This document shows, one piece after another, positions 12,479 to 25,904 of a stretch of DNA of 64,000 nt. Made by a program: the position numbers and the translations under genes. The stretch spans positions 8,432,001 to 8,496,000 of the forward strand of contig OX597831.1 in the NCBI GenBank assembly GCA_951406725.2, written 5' to 3'. The notes beneath the pieces were generated by a model that was not told the origin of the DNA, did no database searches, and saw only the letters and a list, made by a program, of their open reading frames with translations. This DNA comes from Octopus vulgaris (lineage: Eukaryota). Position 1 is the first letter of the stretch, and each line of letters begins with the position of its first letter.

Positions 12479-15400
12479 TGTGTGTGTGTGTGTGTGTGTG
12501 TGTGTATGCACATGTTTAAAGTTGCTGTTCATGATACATGTTGAGTTAGCAGACTTGTTCTCTTCACTTCAGTAGTTCAGAGAGAAGTCGTCCTGTCGTG
12601 TGCAACGTGTGTGAAAATGGTTGCTCTGTTACAAGAAGAAAAAAAAAAAAAAAAGGAATTGATTTGAATCTCGCTGCTGCTGGAAATACTTCAGCCTCTC
12701 ATAGTGGCTGTTCAATTACTGACTACTATGGAGTTTTCTTTTCAATATATCTATCACAACAATAATCACTTTTGTCATATCGTTGCTCTACATATTTCAA
12801 TAAATTCAGGGTTGAATTCATTTATCTCTTATTCTCTTTAATCAATATCTCATGGTTTTTAACTTTCTCATGAAATTTACGCAAACTGCAATTCAATTAG
12901 TGATCTTTCAGTACTGTTTTCTCCAGCGCTCCCTGAAAGAGAATCCATTATATAACAGAATATATGAGTTTTTTTGTTTTTTTTATAAAAAAGGGGCAAG
13001 TTTTATCTCCTGTCTATAACTTAAAAAGCTTGGTTTGAAATCACATGATTTCTGGTTCAGGCCCACTGCATGGCACCTTAGGCAAATGTTTTCTTCTGTA
13101 ACCTTGGGCTGATCAATGTTTTGTGAGTGGACTTGGTTGATGGAAACTGTGTGGAAGCTTATTGTTTGTGTGTATGTATATATACATATATATATATGTA
13201 TATATGAGCAGGAGTGGCTGTGTGGTAAGTAGCTTGCTTACCAACCACATGGTGCCGGGTTCAGTCCCACTGCATGGCACCTTAGGCAAGTGTCTTCTAT
13301 TATAACCTCAGGTCAACCAAAGCCTTGTGAGCAGATTGAAGCCCATTGTATATGTGTGTGTGTGTGTCTGTATTTGTTCCCCCACCATCATGTGACAACC
13401 GATGATGGTGTGTTTACGTCCCCTGTAACTTAGTGGATTGGCAAAAGAGACTGATAGAATGAGTACTAGGCTTACAAATAAGTCCTGGGGTCGATTTATT
13501 CGACTAACGGCGGTGCTCCAGCATGGCCACAGTCAAATGACTGAAACAAATAAAAGGATATATGTATTGGTGTTAGGAAGGGAATCCAACTGTAGAAACC
13601 ATGCCAAATCAGATTGGAACCCAGTGGAGCTCTTTTCTCATGTTCTAAAATAGTGGGAGAAGTATTTGTAATAATAAATTGAACCAGAAAAGATGGCACT
13701 GTGTGGGGACTAGTTAATGTCAAAGAATAGATCCAACGTTTCCTCTGCATGGCATAAGAAGATGGCTAAAAGAGGTTGAAGTAGGATAAATTGAACCAGA
13801 AAAGATGGCACTGTGTGGGGACCTTTGAAAACCCTGCACCAGCACTCTGACCTTTGAAAATCAGTGACTACCCCAAAGCAGACCCATGGGTTGGAGGTTT
13901 GTCATCTGCCCAGAGTGGGCAACCAACAACAAATGGTGGATGAAGCTTCCATGCTGCCGTTGCTACTACTCATCGTCATCAATGTCCACTTTGGCATACT
14001 TGCATGGATCAGATTGAGTTTATTGAGGCAGATTTGCCTGATGTCCTTTCTGTCACCAATCCTCACCGGTTTCCAAGTCAGGTAATGTTTCAAAGAAGAT
14101 TGGAAATGAACAGCACTCATTTTACATGGTGTCAAGACAAGAACATACACACACACACATGCACACATTGTGGGCTTCTCTCAGTTTCCATCTATGAAAT
14201 CCCTTCTATAGCCAAAAGACACATGCAAGAGGCCAAACAGTTGGATTGAACCTGACACCACATGGTTGAGAAGCAGACCTCTTAACCACACAGCTGTACA
14301 TCCATACCTATTAAATACAGAGATAGAGTGATTATGGTTTTTTTTTCTCTTCCTAAGTAAATCTCTGCTGACTATTTCTAGATAAATATATTTACTCAGC
14401 ACACAAGATGTGGTTTATTTCTTTTTCTTTTTCCTTATTTTTTTTTAATCCACTTCTAAATACATAAGTAGTTTGAGGATTTCAGAGCAACCGAGTAGCA
14501 GCTATTGAAGGTTTTCTTGCAATACAGACTTACTATTAACTGTTAGCGAGTAATGCTAATGTCTTGTATTGATGCACACACACACAAACACACGTACATA
14601 TGTACATAGTTAAAATTTACAGAAAACAAAGGACAAAGATTGGTGATGAAACAACTAGAAGGTGTATTAGTTTGATGCTTGGGAAGAATGGTAAAGTCTT
14701 TGACAGTTTTGAACCTATGCTCTCCGACGGAAGGAATGAGAGGAAAAAGATGTGTTGGTATTAATGGTTTAACATGATGAAATGACCAGAGATTTGGAAT
14801 CTGAGTAGTTACCTTATTAGCACCTTAATCCAATCCAGATTCTGACTGACCACATCAAATGATGGGTAACTTAAAGAATTGTTTATGATAAACAATTACA
14901 TGGTAATTGATAGGTAAACCTTGAGTTCATTGGACTTTATGCATCATACGGAATTCATAGTCAAGCCATCATTAAGGAGAATGGAGATTTATACACCTTC
15001 AAAACTTGTTTATCACAGCATTATTCTTATTAACCCTTCAGCATTTAAACTGACCATATCGGACCAAAACATTCGACCCACTAGAATAAGTACTAGGCTT
15101 ACAATGAATAAGTGGTGGGGTTGATCTGTTCGACTAAAGGCGCTGCTCCGGCATGGCCACAGTCAAATGACTGAAACAAGTAAAAGAATATATATATATA
15201 TATATCTCCATTTGTATGTATGTGCACACACACACACATGCAATGAGCTTACAAGCTTCTTTTAGTTCCCAGTTATGAGATCCCGTCGCAAGGCTTTGGT
15301 TGGCCTAGGGCTATAATAGAAGACACTTTCCCAAGTTGCTACACAATGCAATTGACCCAAGACCTCAAGGTTGGGAAGCAAGCTTTTTAATGACATGACC

Positions 15401-15504
15401 TCACCAGCACATATGGCATGAAATTAAATACCCTAATGTATTTAGGCTTGTATGATACCATGTTTTGCCAGTCCACTTTATAATAATAATAATAATAATA
15501 ATGA

Positions 15505-15912
15505 TGCCTTACTGGCACTTGAGCCCCGTGCTAGTAGGGTATTAAGAGCACCATCCGAGCGTGATCGTTGCCAGAGCAGCTATCTGGCCTCCGTGCCGGT
15601 GGCATATAAAAGACACCATTCGAGTGTGATCATTACCATCATCGCCTTACTGGCACCTGTGCCGGTGGCATCTGTGAAAGATTCGAGCAAGGTCATTGCC
15701 AGTACCGCCTGACTGGCCCCATGCTGGTGGCACGTAAAAGCACCCATTATGCTCTTGGAATGGTTGGCGTTATGAAGGGCATCCAGCTGTAGAAACACTG
15801 CCAGATCAAGATTGAAGCCTGGTGCAGCCATCTGGTTCGCCAGTCCTCAATCAAAATCGTCCAACCCATGCTAGCATGGAAAGTGGACGTTAAACGATGA
15901 TGATGATGATGG
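15505..15912 (+). mobile_element. (GAT)n-tailed element copy
   Basis: Internal GTGCCGGTGGCA modules plus shared 3' tail; other copies near 10095, 20275(-), 23680, 30535(-), 33870, 37905, 39213, 40203, 50430, 52790(-), 63357(-). Confidence 0.8.
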
Positions 15913-17450
15913 TGATATAGCATGCAAGAGAGAAGACTTTGAGTTGGTGCTGTCATGTATGTGATGCATGTGGAGTCTGGCGTTTGGATAAAGAAGAGCC
16001 AAATGATTGAAGCAGAGGAGCCTGTGGAAATAAGGAAGACATCAGAACAATCGATGAAAGCCGATCTTAGGATTCTGGACTTTGTGAAACGGAAGAGAAG
16101 GAAGTGCAGCAAATGGCAAGATTTACTGTTGAAGAAGATTTGCCTAATCCATGCAAGCATGGGAAAGTTGGCGTAAAATGTTGATGACGATGATGACGAT
16201 GATGTTGATCATTATCATCAACTCAGAATGTAACTAAATAGATTTTATTGTTTCTGCCAAGCTGTCTTTATAACATATGTGCATGCATGTCTGTGAGGAA
16301 AAGAAGTTTACTGCCCTCCTACCTCATGGTTTTCGGTTCAGTCCCAGTGTGTGGTGCATTGGGCGGGTGCTTTCTGCTATAGCCCCTGGCCAACCAAATC
16401 TACCTTTGTGAATGGATTTGGTTGATGGAAACTGAAAAGAAACCTGTCATATATGCATGTATATGTACTTTGCTTAGGCATAGTGATGCAAATAATCTGC
16501 TGTTAAAATTTTAAAAGGTTCTGAGAGAGCTATAGAGGTGATGCTCAGTTCTTAGTAGATTGCATCTCCTAGCTGAAACGACTCTAAGCCAATGAAATTG
16601 TTTATACAATGCCTGTTCCCTTCTCAGTCCTTTCGTTTCATGTGTATCCTCGTCTTAGCATCATAAAATTGTTGTACATTAATGTCATTCATTCCCAATA
16701 TTCTATGAAAACATGTCACATGGGGAAATACGACCTTGCTTGGAAATGAGTAAAAGTTGGCAATGAGAAGGGCATCTGGTCATAGAAAATCTGCCTCAAT
16801 AAATTCCCTCCGACCCCTTGCAAGCATGGAGAAGTGTTTCTTAAGATGATGATATGCCTGTGCCATGTAAAAAACACCCTAATTCGGTATGTGGTGAAGC
16901 AATTAACTGACCCCTGATTATAATTATGCATATAATTATAGAATATTTTATTTTTATATATATATTATATTATCATCATCATTACATAACATCTGTTGTC
17001 CATGCTGGCATGGGTTGGGTAGTTTCATCAGGGCTGGCAAGGCTGGAAGGCTGGACCAGACTTCAGTCTGCTTTGGCTGGGTTTCTACAGCTGGATGCCC
17101 TTCCTAACACCAACCACTCGAAGAGTGTAATGGGTGCTATTTGCATGACACCGCTGTTTGCCACGACTGCGATTTTGCTTAGCTTGATGGGTCTTCTTTT
17201 CATGCATGACATAATGCCAAAGGTCTCAGTCATTGCCTCTGTGAGGCCCGACACTTCAAAGGAATTCAGCCACTTTGCCTCCATGAGGTCCAACGCCTGA
17301 AAGGAACTTGCCTCCGTGAGGCCCAGTGCTCAAAACGACTCACCCACTTTGCCTGTGTGTATGTATGTGTGTCTGTGCATGCGTTTATATATGTATATAT
17401 ATATAATGTAAAATATGTGAAATTTAGTAATACTCTTTCTTTCATTTCAG

Positions 17451-17499
17451 GTTTAACAAATAAAGAAGTTAATCTCCTTGAAATAGTGCAATGTCTTGG
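17451..17499 (+). CDS. MMS19: MMS19 exon (49 nt, LTNKEVNLLEIVQCLG); first exon identifiable in window
   Basis: ttcatttcag acceptor, gtaagt donor; phase 1 in, phase 2 out, joining in frame to 20683; resembles the N-terminal LQVVEALG segment of MMS19. Confidence 0.88.
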
Positions 17500-17890
17500 G
17501 TAAGTATTGTGATTTTGATTAACCCTTAGTCTACCAGAGAAAATGTATGTCGCTAATTACTAACTGGGTCCAATGGACCCAATATTTTTCTTTTAATTAA
17601 ATTTTATTCAAACTACCACTATTTCTTAGCTACATTATTATATATGCTGTCAGCTAAATGAAGAATTACTGTTTCTCACAAATTTTAATAAAAAAATACA
17701 GCTTTCAGAATATATTATACATTTTTAAAAATTACAAAAATACAGAATTACAGCTCTTTATGGCAGTGAATGCAGAAAACATTGGAATGTTCTTGGCAAA
17801 CATGGATATTATAATTCTTACATGTAATAGGAGTTTTCCTGCCTTGTTTTTGGGACACACAAAGAACATCTTCCTTTTTTCTTTGGCTGT

Positions 17891-18117
17891 TTAACCCTTT
17901 AGTGTTCAAATTATTCAATCAAACATAATGCCTATTGATTCCCATTGATTTTAATTAATCATGCATTATCTCATATCTTCAAGATCTTGATGGTGTAATT
18001 ACTTAATGTAGAATAACATTGTAGGGTAGGTGTGAGAGCCTGGATCTGGTCAGTTTGAACATAAAACAGATTAGCCATTTTGGCCGGATATGGCCGGTTT
18101 AAATACTAAAGGGTTAA
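17891..18117. mobile_element. piggyBac-type MITE family P1
   Basis: TTAA-CCCTTTAG...TAAAGGG-TTAA ends; related copies at 18574-18802, 22578-22791 (inverted), about 25958-26180, 33583-33776, 62677-62895. Confidence 0.8.
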
Positions 18118-19344
18118 GGAGCCCAATGGTCGGAGTATTTAACATTCTTTTGTGTGTTCTGTGTAAGAGAGAAGGAAAAACACAACAAAACATTTCTTTG
18201 TCCATTATGTAAGATAAAAAGTCTTGAGCACTTGTCTTTTTGTTTTTTTTTCTGTCTTTAGTGCAGCTGTGATGTACTCTACATATCAATGTTTTTTTAT
18301 ATGCCAAATGCTTATTAATAATAGATGCATGTTTTGTCAGGTGACCCAATGACCAGTTTACAGCTGGTTGTTAATAGAATCATAGTGACTTTGTAGCGAA
18401 GGTCATGGGTTCAATTCTAAAACAGATGTTATGTTGTAATTTAGTAGTTGTAGTGGTCATAGCAGCAGAAGCAGTGGTAGTAGTTATATTTGTGCTGTTG
18501 TTATTTCATAATCTTTGATCTTTTACTTGTAATCATTTGATCGTGGCCATGCTAGAGCACCACCTTCAAGTGTTTAACCCTTCAGTGTTTGCATTATTCT
18601 ACCAAAATTAATGCTTTTTCACCCACTTTGTTTTGAACTAATCACGCATTATCTTGTAGCCATGAGATTTTGACGAGGTAACTGTTAATTTTTAAAATGA
18701 CAGTGTAGGGTTGGTGTGAGAGACCAGATCTGGCCAGTTTGAACATAAAACAGGCAGAATACTTTTGGTCGGATATAACCGGTTTAAATGCTAAAGGGTT
18801 TAAATTGAACAAATCAGCCCCAGCTCTTATATTTTTTTTTAAGCCTGGCACTTATTCTGTTGATCTCTTATGTTGAATCACTAAGTTATTGGGACATAAA
18901 CAAACCAACACTGATTGTCAAGTGGTGGGGTAGCTGACAGACGCACACACACATGCATAAATGTTGGCAGTTCTTTATTTGAAGATCATGAATTCTGATC
19001 ATGATATGGCAGGCTTCTTCACAGTTTCCATATACCAAATTCACTTACAAGGTATTGTTTGGCCCATGGCTGTAGAAGAAGAAACTTGCTGAAGGTGTTG
19101 TGCAGTAGGATTGAGCCTGAAACCACATAGCTGCAAAGTGAGCTATCTTCTTTAGCTAATCGTGTTTAATCTTTCTGTCATTTAATCCAGTAATATCGGG
19201 CCCAGAGACTCTACTTGTTTTATGTGCAAACCAGTCATATCCTGTCTCTCACACCTGTCCTACAATGTCATTTCTAAAACGATACGTCCACATCATCGGA
19301 ATAATGATGCTATGGGACAATGTATGATTAATTTAGAATAATGT

Positions 19345-19508
19345 AGGCGTAGGAATGGCTGTGTGGTAAGTAGCTTGCTTACCAACCACATGGTTCTGGG
19401 TTCAGTCCCACTGCGTGGCAACCTTAGGCGAGTGTCTTCTATTATAGCCTTGGGCCGACCAAAGCCTTGTGAGTGGATTTGGTAGACAGAGACTGAAAGA
19501 AGCCTGTC

Positions 19509-19545
<37 letters not shown>

Positions 19546-19862
19546 TATATGTGTGTGTGTGTCCCTAGCATTGCTTGACAACCTGGATTTGGTAGACAGA
19601 GACTGAAAGAAGCCCGTCGTATATGTGTATATATATGTAAATATATATATATATGTGTGTGTGTATGTTTGTGTGTCTGTGTTTGTCCCCCAACATCGCT
19701 TGACAACCGATGCTGGTGTGTTTGAGCTCCCGTAACTTAGCAGTTCGGCAAGAGAGACCGATAGAATAAGTCCTGGGGTCGATTTGCTCGACTAAAGGCG
19801 GTGCTCCAGCATGGCCACAGTCAAATGACTGAAACAAATAAAAGAGTAAAAGAGTAAGAGTA
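19345..19862 (+). mobile_element. SINE family A with internal duplication, inserted in a piggyBac-type MITE
   Basis: Segment GGATTTGGTAGACAGAGACTGAAAGAAGCC...GCTTGACAACC occurs twice; MITE-like sequence on both sides (about 19165-19340 and 19863-19915). Confidence 0.75.
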
Positions 19863-20682
19863 ATGTGAATAAATAAGCTTTAAATTTGACGGAGCAACCT
19901 GATTGCTAACGAGTAAAAGTAGGTCGGCTCATGTCAGTTGTTGAATGCCTTGCCTGAGTGAAAGAACATTCTGCTGTAAAGCCTCTGGTTTGACTTTTTA
20001 TTATTTGAATAAATCTTTGTCAAACCTTTCAGAAAACCCATTGAAGTATTACCTTTTATCTTTTACTTGTTTCAGTCATTGGACTGCGGCCATACTGGGG
20101 CACAGTCTTGAAGTGTTTAGTTGAACAAATCAATCGCAATTTTTAAGTCTGGTGCCTGTTCTGTTGGTTTCTCTTACCAAATCATCAAGTTATGTGTCTT
20201 AAAATGCAGGATATCACGTAACTCCTACAAATCTTAATTATGTTAATTGTGGGCAAGCTGGTTGACTTATTATTCATCATCGTCTTCGTATAATGTCCGT
20301 TTTCCATGCTAGCATGGGTTGGTCGGTTTGACCGGGGTCTGGGAAGCCTGGAGACTGTACCAGGCCCAGTCTGATCTGGCAGTGTTTCTACAGCTGGATA
20401 CCCTTCCTAACGCCAACCACTCCCAGAGTGTAGTGAGTGCTTTTTACGTGCCACCGGCGCAGGTGCCAGGCGAGGCTGGCACCGGCCACGATCGGTTGGT
20501 GCTTTTTATGTGCCACCGGCATGGAGGTGAGTCGAGGCGGCACTGGCAGTGGCCACATTCGGATGGTTCTTTTACATGCCACCGGCTCTGGTATCACATT
20601 TACAATTTCCATTGATTTTTGATCAATTTCAATTATTATTATTATTATTATTTCTATATTTCACCTGTTTTTCTTTCTTCAG

Positions 20683-20786
20683 GTCAGCATTAACCACTTC
20701 AGGACTTAGTCGAAGGGCTGATGGTACAAAGTTGCTTTGTGATGCTCTTCATCAAATTCCACAAGATTTATTAATTTTTGCCGAAG
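20683..20786 (+). CDS. MMS19: MMS19 exon (SALTTSGLSRRADGTKLLCDALHQIPQDLLIFAE)
   Basis: ttcttcag / gtatgt, in frame with neighbours. Confidence 0.9.
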
Positions 20787-21723
20787 GTATGTTTATCAGT
20801 TTTTTGGTTTTTTTTTTTGGTTTTTTTTTTGGTGACCTGGAAGTAAGTAGTAGAAACGGTAAAATGCCAAACTAAATGTCTTGCAGTTTTTAGGTTCTGT
20901 ACATTTCCAGTCTTCGTCTGAACCCTCTTGAGATTTTTACTTCCCCTTTCATCCTAGAAATAGCAGTTCAAGTGCCTTCAAATCATATTCCACTGTTTAA
21001 AATAAACCAACAACAATAAAAAAAAAAGTGGCAGATATATTGGATAATGTTGTTGTAGGTACAGTATGGCTGGAATGCCTTCAATTGTAGCTCTCCTTAA
21101 TCAGAATTGACCTTGTGTTAATCCATGACAACCAAGCTTGTATTGAGTACTGGGATCAGTTTTATCAAGAATTGAACCCTTGACCTTTGCTACTCAGTCA
21201 CTATGATTCTATTAACAACCAGTTGTAAACTGGTCCTTGGGTTGCCTGACAAACATGCACACCGGCTGGAATGCTTTGCAGTATTTCAGCTGCCGTTACA
21301 TTCTGAGTTCAAATTCCGCCGAGGTCGACTTTGCCTTTCATCCTTTCGGGGTCGATTAAATAAGTACCAGTTACACACTGGGGTCGATGTAATCGACTTA
21401 ATCCATTTGTCTGTCCTTGTTTGTCCTCTCTGTGTTTAGCCCCTTGTGGGTAGTAAAGAAATAGGTATGGGTGTGGCTATGTTGAGGTTGTATTGTGAGA
21501 GTGAGTATGGTTGTGTTGAGGTTATGAAGTGTGGCTGTGGCTATGTGGTGATGAGGTTTGTTTTATGATTGTGAGTGTTGGTCTGTTATGGTTGTGGGAA
21601 GTGATGTTAGATTTGTTGCTGTGTTGTAGATTACTTGGTGTAAAAATGTTGCTCTAGTTTTGGATGTCTTAGGAATTCTCAGTCAATTTATTTAACTTTG
21701 TTAATCTTTTCTTTTCTTTGCAG

Positions 21724-21809
21724 TGGAGTTACTCTGCACGTTTCTCTGTAATCGTCTTGGTGATCATCATTCTCTTCAACCTGCAGCCCTCCATGGCCTC
21801 GCTGCCCTT
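21724..21809 (+). CDS. MMS19: MMS19 exon (VELLCTFLCNRLGDHHSLQPAALHGLAAL)
   Basis: tttgcag / gtacgt; NRLxDHH motif of the MMS19 N-terminal domain. Confidence 0.93.
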
Positions 21810-22345
21810 GTACGTTGAGTAGCATTTCCGTAACATTTCTTGTTGTCTCCTCTTAATAATCCTCACATTATTCATTTACATGTGTTCTTTGTATTATTTA
21901 TTTTTCCATGTGATGTAGTTGTGGGTAGGAGTGTGGGGTAACAAAGCTTGTTTCCTCACCGTGTGCTTTTAAGTTCCATTCTACCTTGTGGCACCTTAGA
22001 TGAGTATCTTCTCATATAATCTCTAGCTGACCAATAAACATATGAATGAAACTGGTATATTTTCTTTTAAATCCTATAAAATTATTTCACATGTTTTTCC
22101 CATCCCCTAACTTTGTAATTTTCATTGGCTTATCATTCAATTTCCTTAGTTTCCCCTTATGAACCCTCTACACTTATTTTCCTTTTTTATTAACTCTAAT
22201 GTCTGACTTAATTCTTTATGTCAATCCTATAATCTCTAACATTTAATTTAATCATTCTCATAAGGAATAAAAAAAAAAGCATATTTTCAAATTGGTTTTT
22301 GTAAGTTTTTCTCTAATTTTATTAATTCAATTTATTTATTTTTAG

Positions 22346-22490
22346 AGCAAGTGTTGTAATGTTCCCTCAACAGTGCCTGAAAAGTTATGTCGGCGGATAT
22401 TTCGAGAGGTTCAGTGTCCGTCCTTAGCCCAGAAAGACCGTTATTCTGTATATTCTATTATCTATAATTTTCTTGTAACAAAGTTAGATG
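22346..22490 (+). CDS. MMS19: MMS19 exon (SKCCNVP...IFREVQCPSLAQKDRYSVYSII...KLD)
   Basis: ttttag / gtaagt; IFxEVxxxSLxQxDR motif. Confidence 0.93.
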
Positions 22491-22577
22491 GTAAGTTGCC
22501 AAAACTATTTCCCATCTTTTATCTATCAACATTCTATATATACGGTTTTTTTGTTCAGTTTCTCAGAGAGTATTATT

Positions 22578-22791
22578 TTAACCCTTTACCATTTAAACCA
22601 GCCACATCCATGTCTTTTATGCTCAGACTGGCCAGATCTGGCCTCTCACGCCAACCCTACTGTATCATTGTAAACACTAACAGTCATCTCATCAAAATCT
22701 CAAAGCTACAAGATAATGATTGATTAATCCAAAACAATGTGAATAAATAAGGATTAGATTTGATAGAGCAATCTGAATGCGAAAGGGTTAA
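22578..22791. mobile_element. piggyBac-type MITE family P1 (opposite orientation to 17891)
   Basis: TTAACCCTTT...AAAGGGTTAA. Confidence 0.78.
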
Positions 22792-24519
22792 TATTTATTC
22801 ATAGAATGGTAGATTAGCAGAATTGCTAGAATAATGGACTGAATGTCTTGTAGTAATTAGTTGCATCTTTTACATTCTGAGTTCAAATACTGGAAAGGTT
22901 CCTTTTTTTTTTTTGCCTTTAATCCTTCTGGGGTAGATTAAATTGATTGTTCCCTCCTTCAAAATTTTAAATCGTGTCCCTACATTGGAATTAATATTAA
23001 TATCCTTTATTGTGTGTTCATGAATGCCTTATATTCTGTATTGACACTGCATGAGCAAACCAGTGGCATTGTGGATATTACAACTGGTCACTCTGTGCCT
23101 TTGAAGAACTCTGCAATGGAAAACAAGTTTCTTTGTTTCTTGAAAGCTGGAAAGGGTTAGCAACAGGAAATGTATCCAGTTGTGAATTCTGTCACCACTT
23201 CAGTTCCCTAACCAAACTCATGCTAGTAGGGAAAAGCAGATGTTGAACAAATGAATGAAATATATTGTTAGCTAGATTGTTGATTATTTATGCCTAGGTC
23301 TAGAAAATAAGTAGTTAACAGTAGCAGTACTGGGGCTGATCTCATCATCATCATCATTGTCCGTTTTCCATTAAGATCCTTGAAGATGTTTCTGCAGTAT
23401 GGCTGTTGCCAATAACTGAAACCAGCCAAAAAGAAAAAAAAAGAGGCAAATGAAATTTTGCTAGCTGCCCCAGAGCTTTTCACCCCTAGCTAATGGATGC
23501 CATTTGTCAATATCACTAGAAAAAAAAACATTAAATATACAAAGATCACTTTTACTAGATGAATTTTCCAATAATGTTTCTTTGTCTAAAAAAATCTTGA
23601 AATCAGTTTTGAATTAGTAAAATTAATCTTTTTAAAATCCATTTTTCGAAATTTCAACTTATTTGAAAAATAAAATTATATCGTGGCTGATGCCAGCGTG
23701 CCGCCTTGACTTGCTTCTGTGCCGGTGGCACGTGACCTGCTGTGCTTGAGACCTATTGAGTCAAGTACATCAACATCAAAATAAACATCGAATGGAAATT
23801 GTAATTGTGATACCTGTGCTGGTGGCATGTAAAAAGCACCATCCGAACGTGGCCGATGCCAGCACCGCCTTGACTGGCGTCTGTGCCAGTGGCACGTAAA
23901 AAGCACCAACCAATCGTGGCTGCTGCCAGCCTCCCCTGGTACGTAAAAAGCACTCACTACACTCACGGAGTGGTTGGCGTTAGGAAGGGCATCCAGCTGT
24001 AGAAACACTGCCAAATCAGACTGGAGCCTGGTGAGGCCTCCTGACTTCCCAGACCCCGGTCGAACCGTCCAACCCATGCTAGCACGGAAAACGGACGTTA
24101 AATGATGATGATGAATTTTTAATGGTGGAACTTGTAGTAGGTTAAAAGAAAACTCTTAGTAATGTCATGTAAATATTAGCTTTAAAAACCTCTTGGCTGG
24201 GAAAAGTTGAAGACTCAAACTCACATCCTTTGTAATCATGGCAATAACTCTGCCAGTGGACCTAAGCAATCCTTCAAATTTCTCCACTATTTTAGAAGCT
24301 TTCTTCTTATCAGCAAGAATTGTATGTTGTTTATGTCATAAGAATTTAGAAACCTTGGGAGATGTGAAATAAATCCTTTTTCACCAGCAGAACTCAAAGT
24401 AGATAAAGCTATAAGCTATAATTTGAAAACAAAAATACCTTGTATGGCCATTCTTACTTTCTGTTCCTCTTTCCACATGGAAGATGTTCTACCATATTTT
24501 TTTTTCTTTTTGACAAAAG

Positions 24520-24645
24520 AATTAAGGAAAATGGAAGGTGATTTTGTGTGTGGTTTTATCCAAGCAATGGACGGCGAGAAAGACCCACGTAATCTTCAAC
24601 TAGCCTTTCAATGTGCAGAAATAATCATCAGACAGCTTTCGCTAG
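24520..24645 (+). CDS. MMS19: MMS19 exon (ELRKMEGDFVCGFIQAMDGEKDPRNLQLAF...SL)
   Basis: Pyrimidine tract plus AAG acceptor / gtgagt; DGEKDPRNL signature. Confidence 0.96.
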
Positions 24646-25842
24646 GTGAGTGATAATCTTGTATTCAGTAAATCTTCTGATAAATAAAAACGGGAATAAA
24701 TACGAAATATTTAACTCTGTTGAGTCTAACCTACCTAACACCAGTTTTCTATGATACACACCTGTTTTAAAGTTAAACTAAATTAAAATGTTCCATCAAA
24801 ATTTTATGTTAATTTATGTTCCAGACATATTTATGTTAACATTCATTTAGTAGAATAATTTAGGCATTATGAACCAAGTATACTTGGTTCCGAGCATTTG
24901 AGACACAGAAGCCAAGTTTCTGATTGGGGTCGACTTTTCGGAATATTTCACTTTGTGATTTAGAGAAAATAGTCTCTAAATTATTTGATCCAGCTGAAAC
25001 TGTGCTGAATCTTAAGGGAAAATAGTTTAGCAATGAGATTTAAGATAATCTAGCCACAGCTTAAGTATTTTATTAATTCTGTGAGATTTCCCTCTCTCTT
25101 TCGGAGAGGCACTGAGCAGCTATACGCACACATACTCACACGGCAGTAACTTCCACCTACCGAATTCAATCACAGCTCCAGTCAGCTCTGGGCTATAGTG
25201 AAAGACACCTACCCAAAGTGCCACGCAGTGGGACTGAACCCGAATCCATGTAGCTAGGGAGCAAGCTCCCTAACCACACAGCCATGCCCGCGCCTACAAA
25301 TTGATGGGGGATATGATTTCTAAGTTTAAAATTTAAATCATTTAAAAATTTAAAAGGCATGGCTGTGTGTTTAAGATGCTTGTTTTGCAACCGCTGGGTT
25401 TCTGGTTCAGTTCCTATGTGTGGCACTTTGGACAACTATCTTCTACCACAGCTCAGGCCACGCAATGCCTTGTGAGTGAGTTTCATAATCAGAAACAGTG
25501 TGGAGGCCTCTTAGTGTGTGTGTGTGTATGTGTACACAATGTATTTATGTGTGTGTATTGGTGTTTCTTCCCACCACTTCTTGACAACTTGCTTGTGTTT
25601 CTGTCACTTGGCAGTTTGGCAAAGGTGACTGATATAATAAGTACCAGATTTAAAAACCAAATAAGTGTTGATATTAATTTGTTCAACTAATCCTTTCAAG
25701 GTGGTGCCCCAGCGTGGCCACAGTCTGGTGACTGAAACAAAAACAACCCACCAAAAAATATGTTGAATTCAGTTCCAAGACAATTCCTCCCTAAAATTAT
25801 TTCATTTTTGCTCACAACTCTCCTCTTTGCATTGTTTTGTAG

Positions 25843-25904
25843 GTCTCTTTGTTGAAGAAATGTTTGAAATTACTGCCTGTTATTTTCCTATAGACTTTCA
25901 ACCT
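25843..25904 (+). CDS. MMS19: MMS19 exon (GLFVEEMFEITACYFPIDFQP)
   Basis: ttgtag / gtaagt; CYFPIDF signature. Confidence 0.96.
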
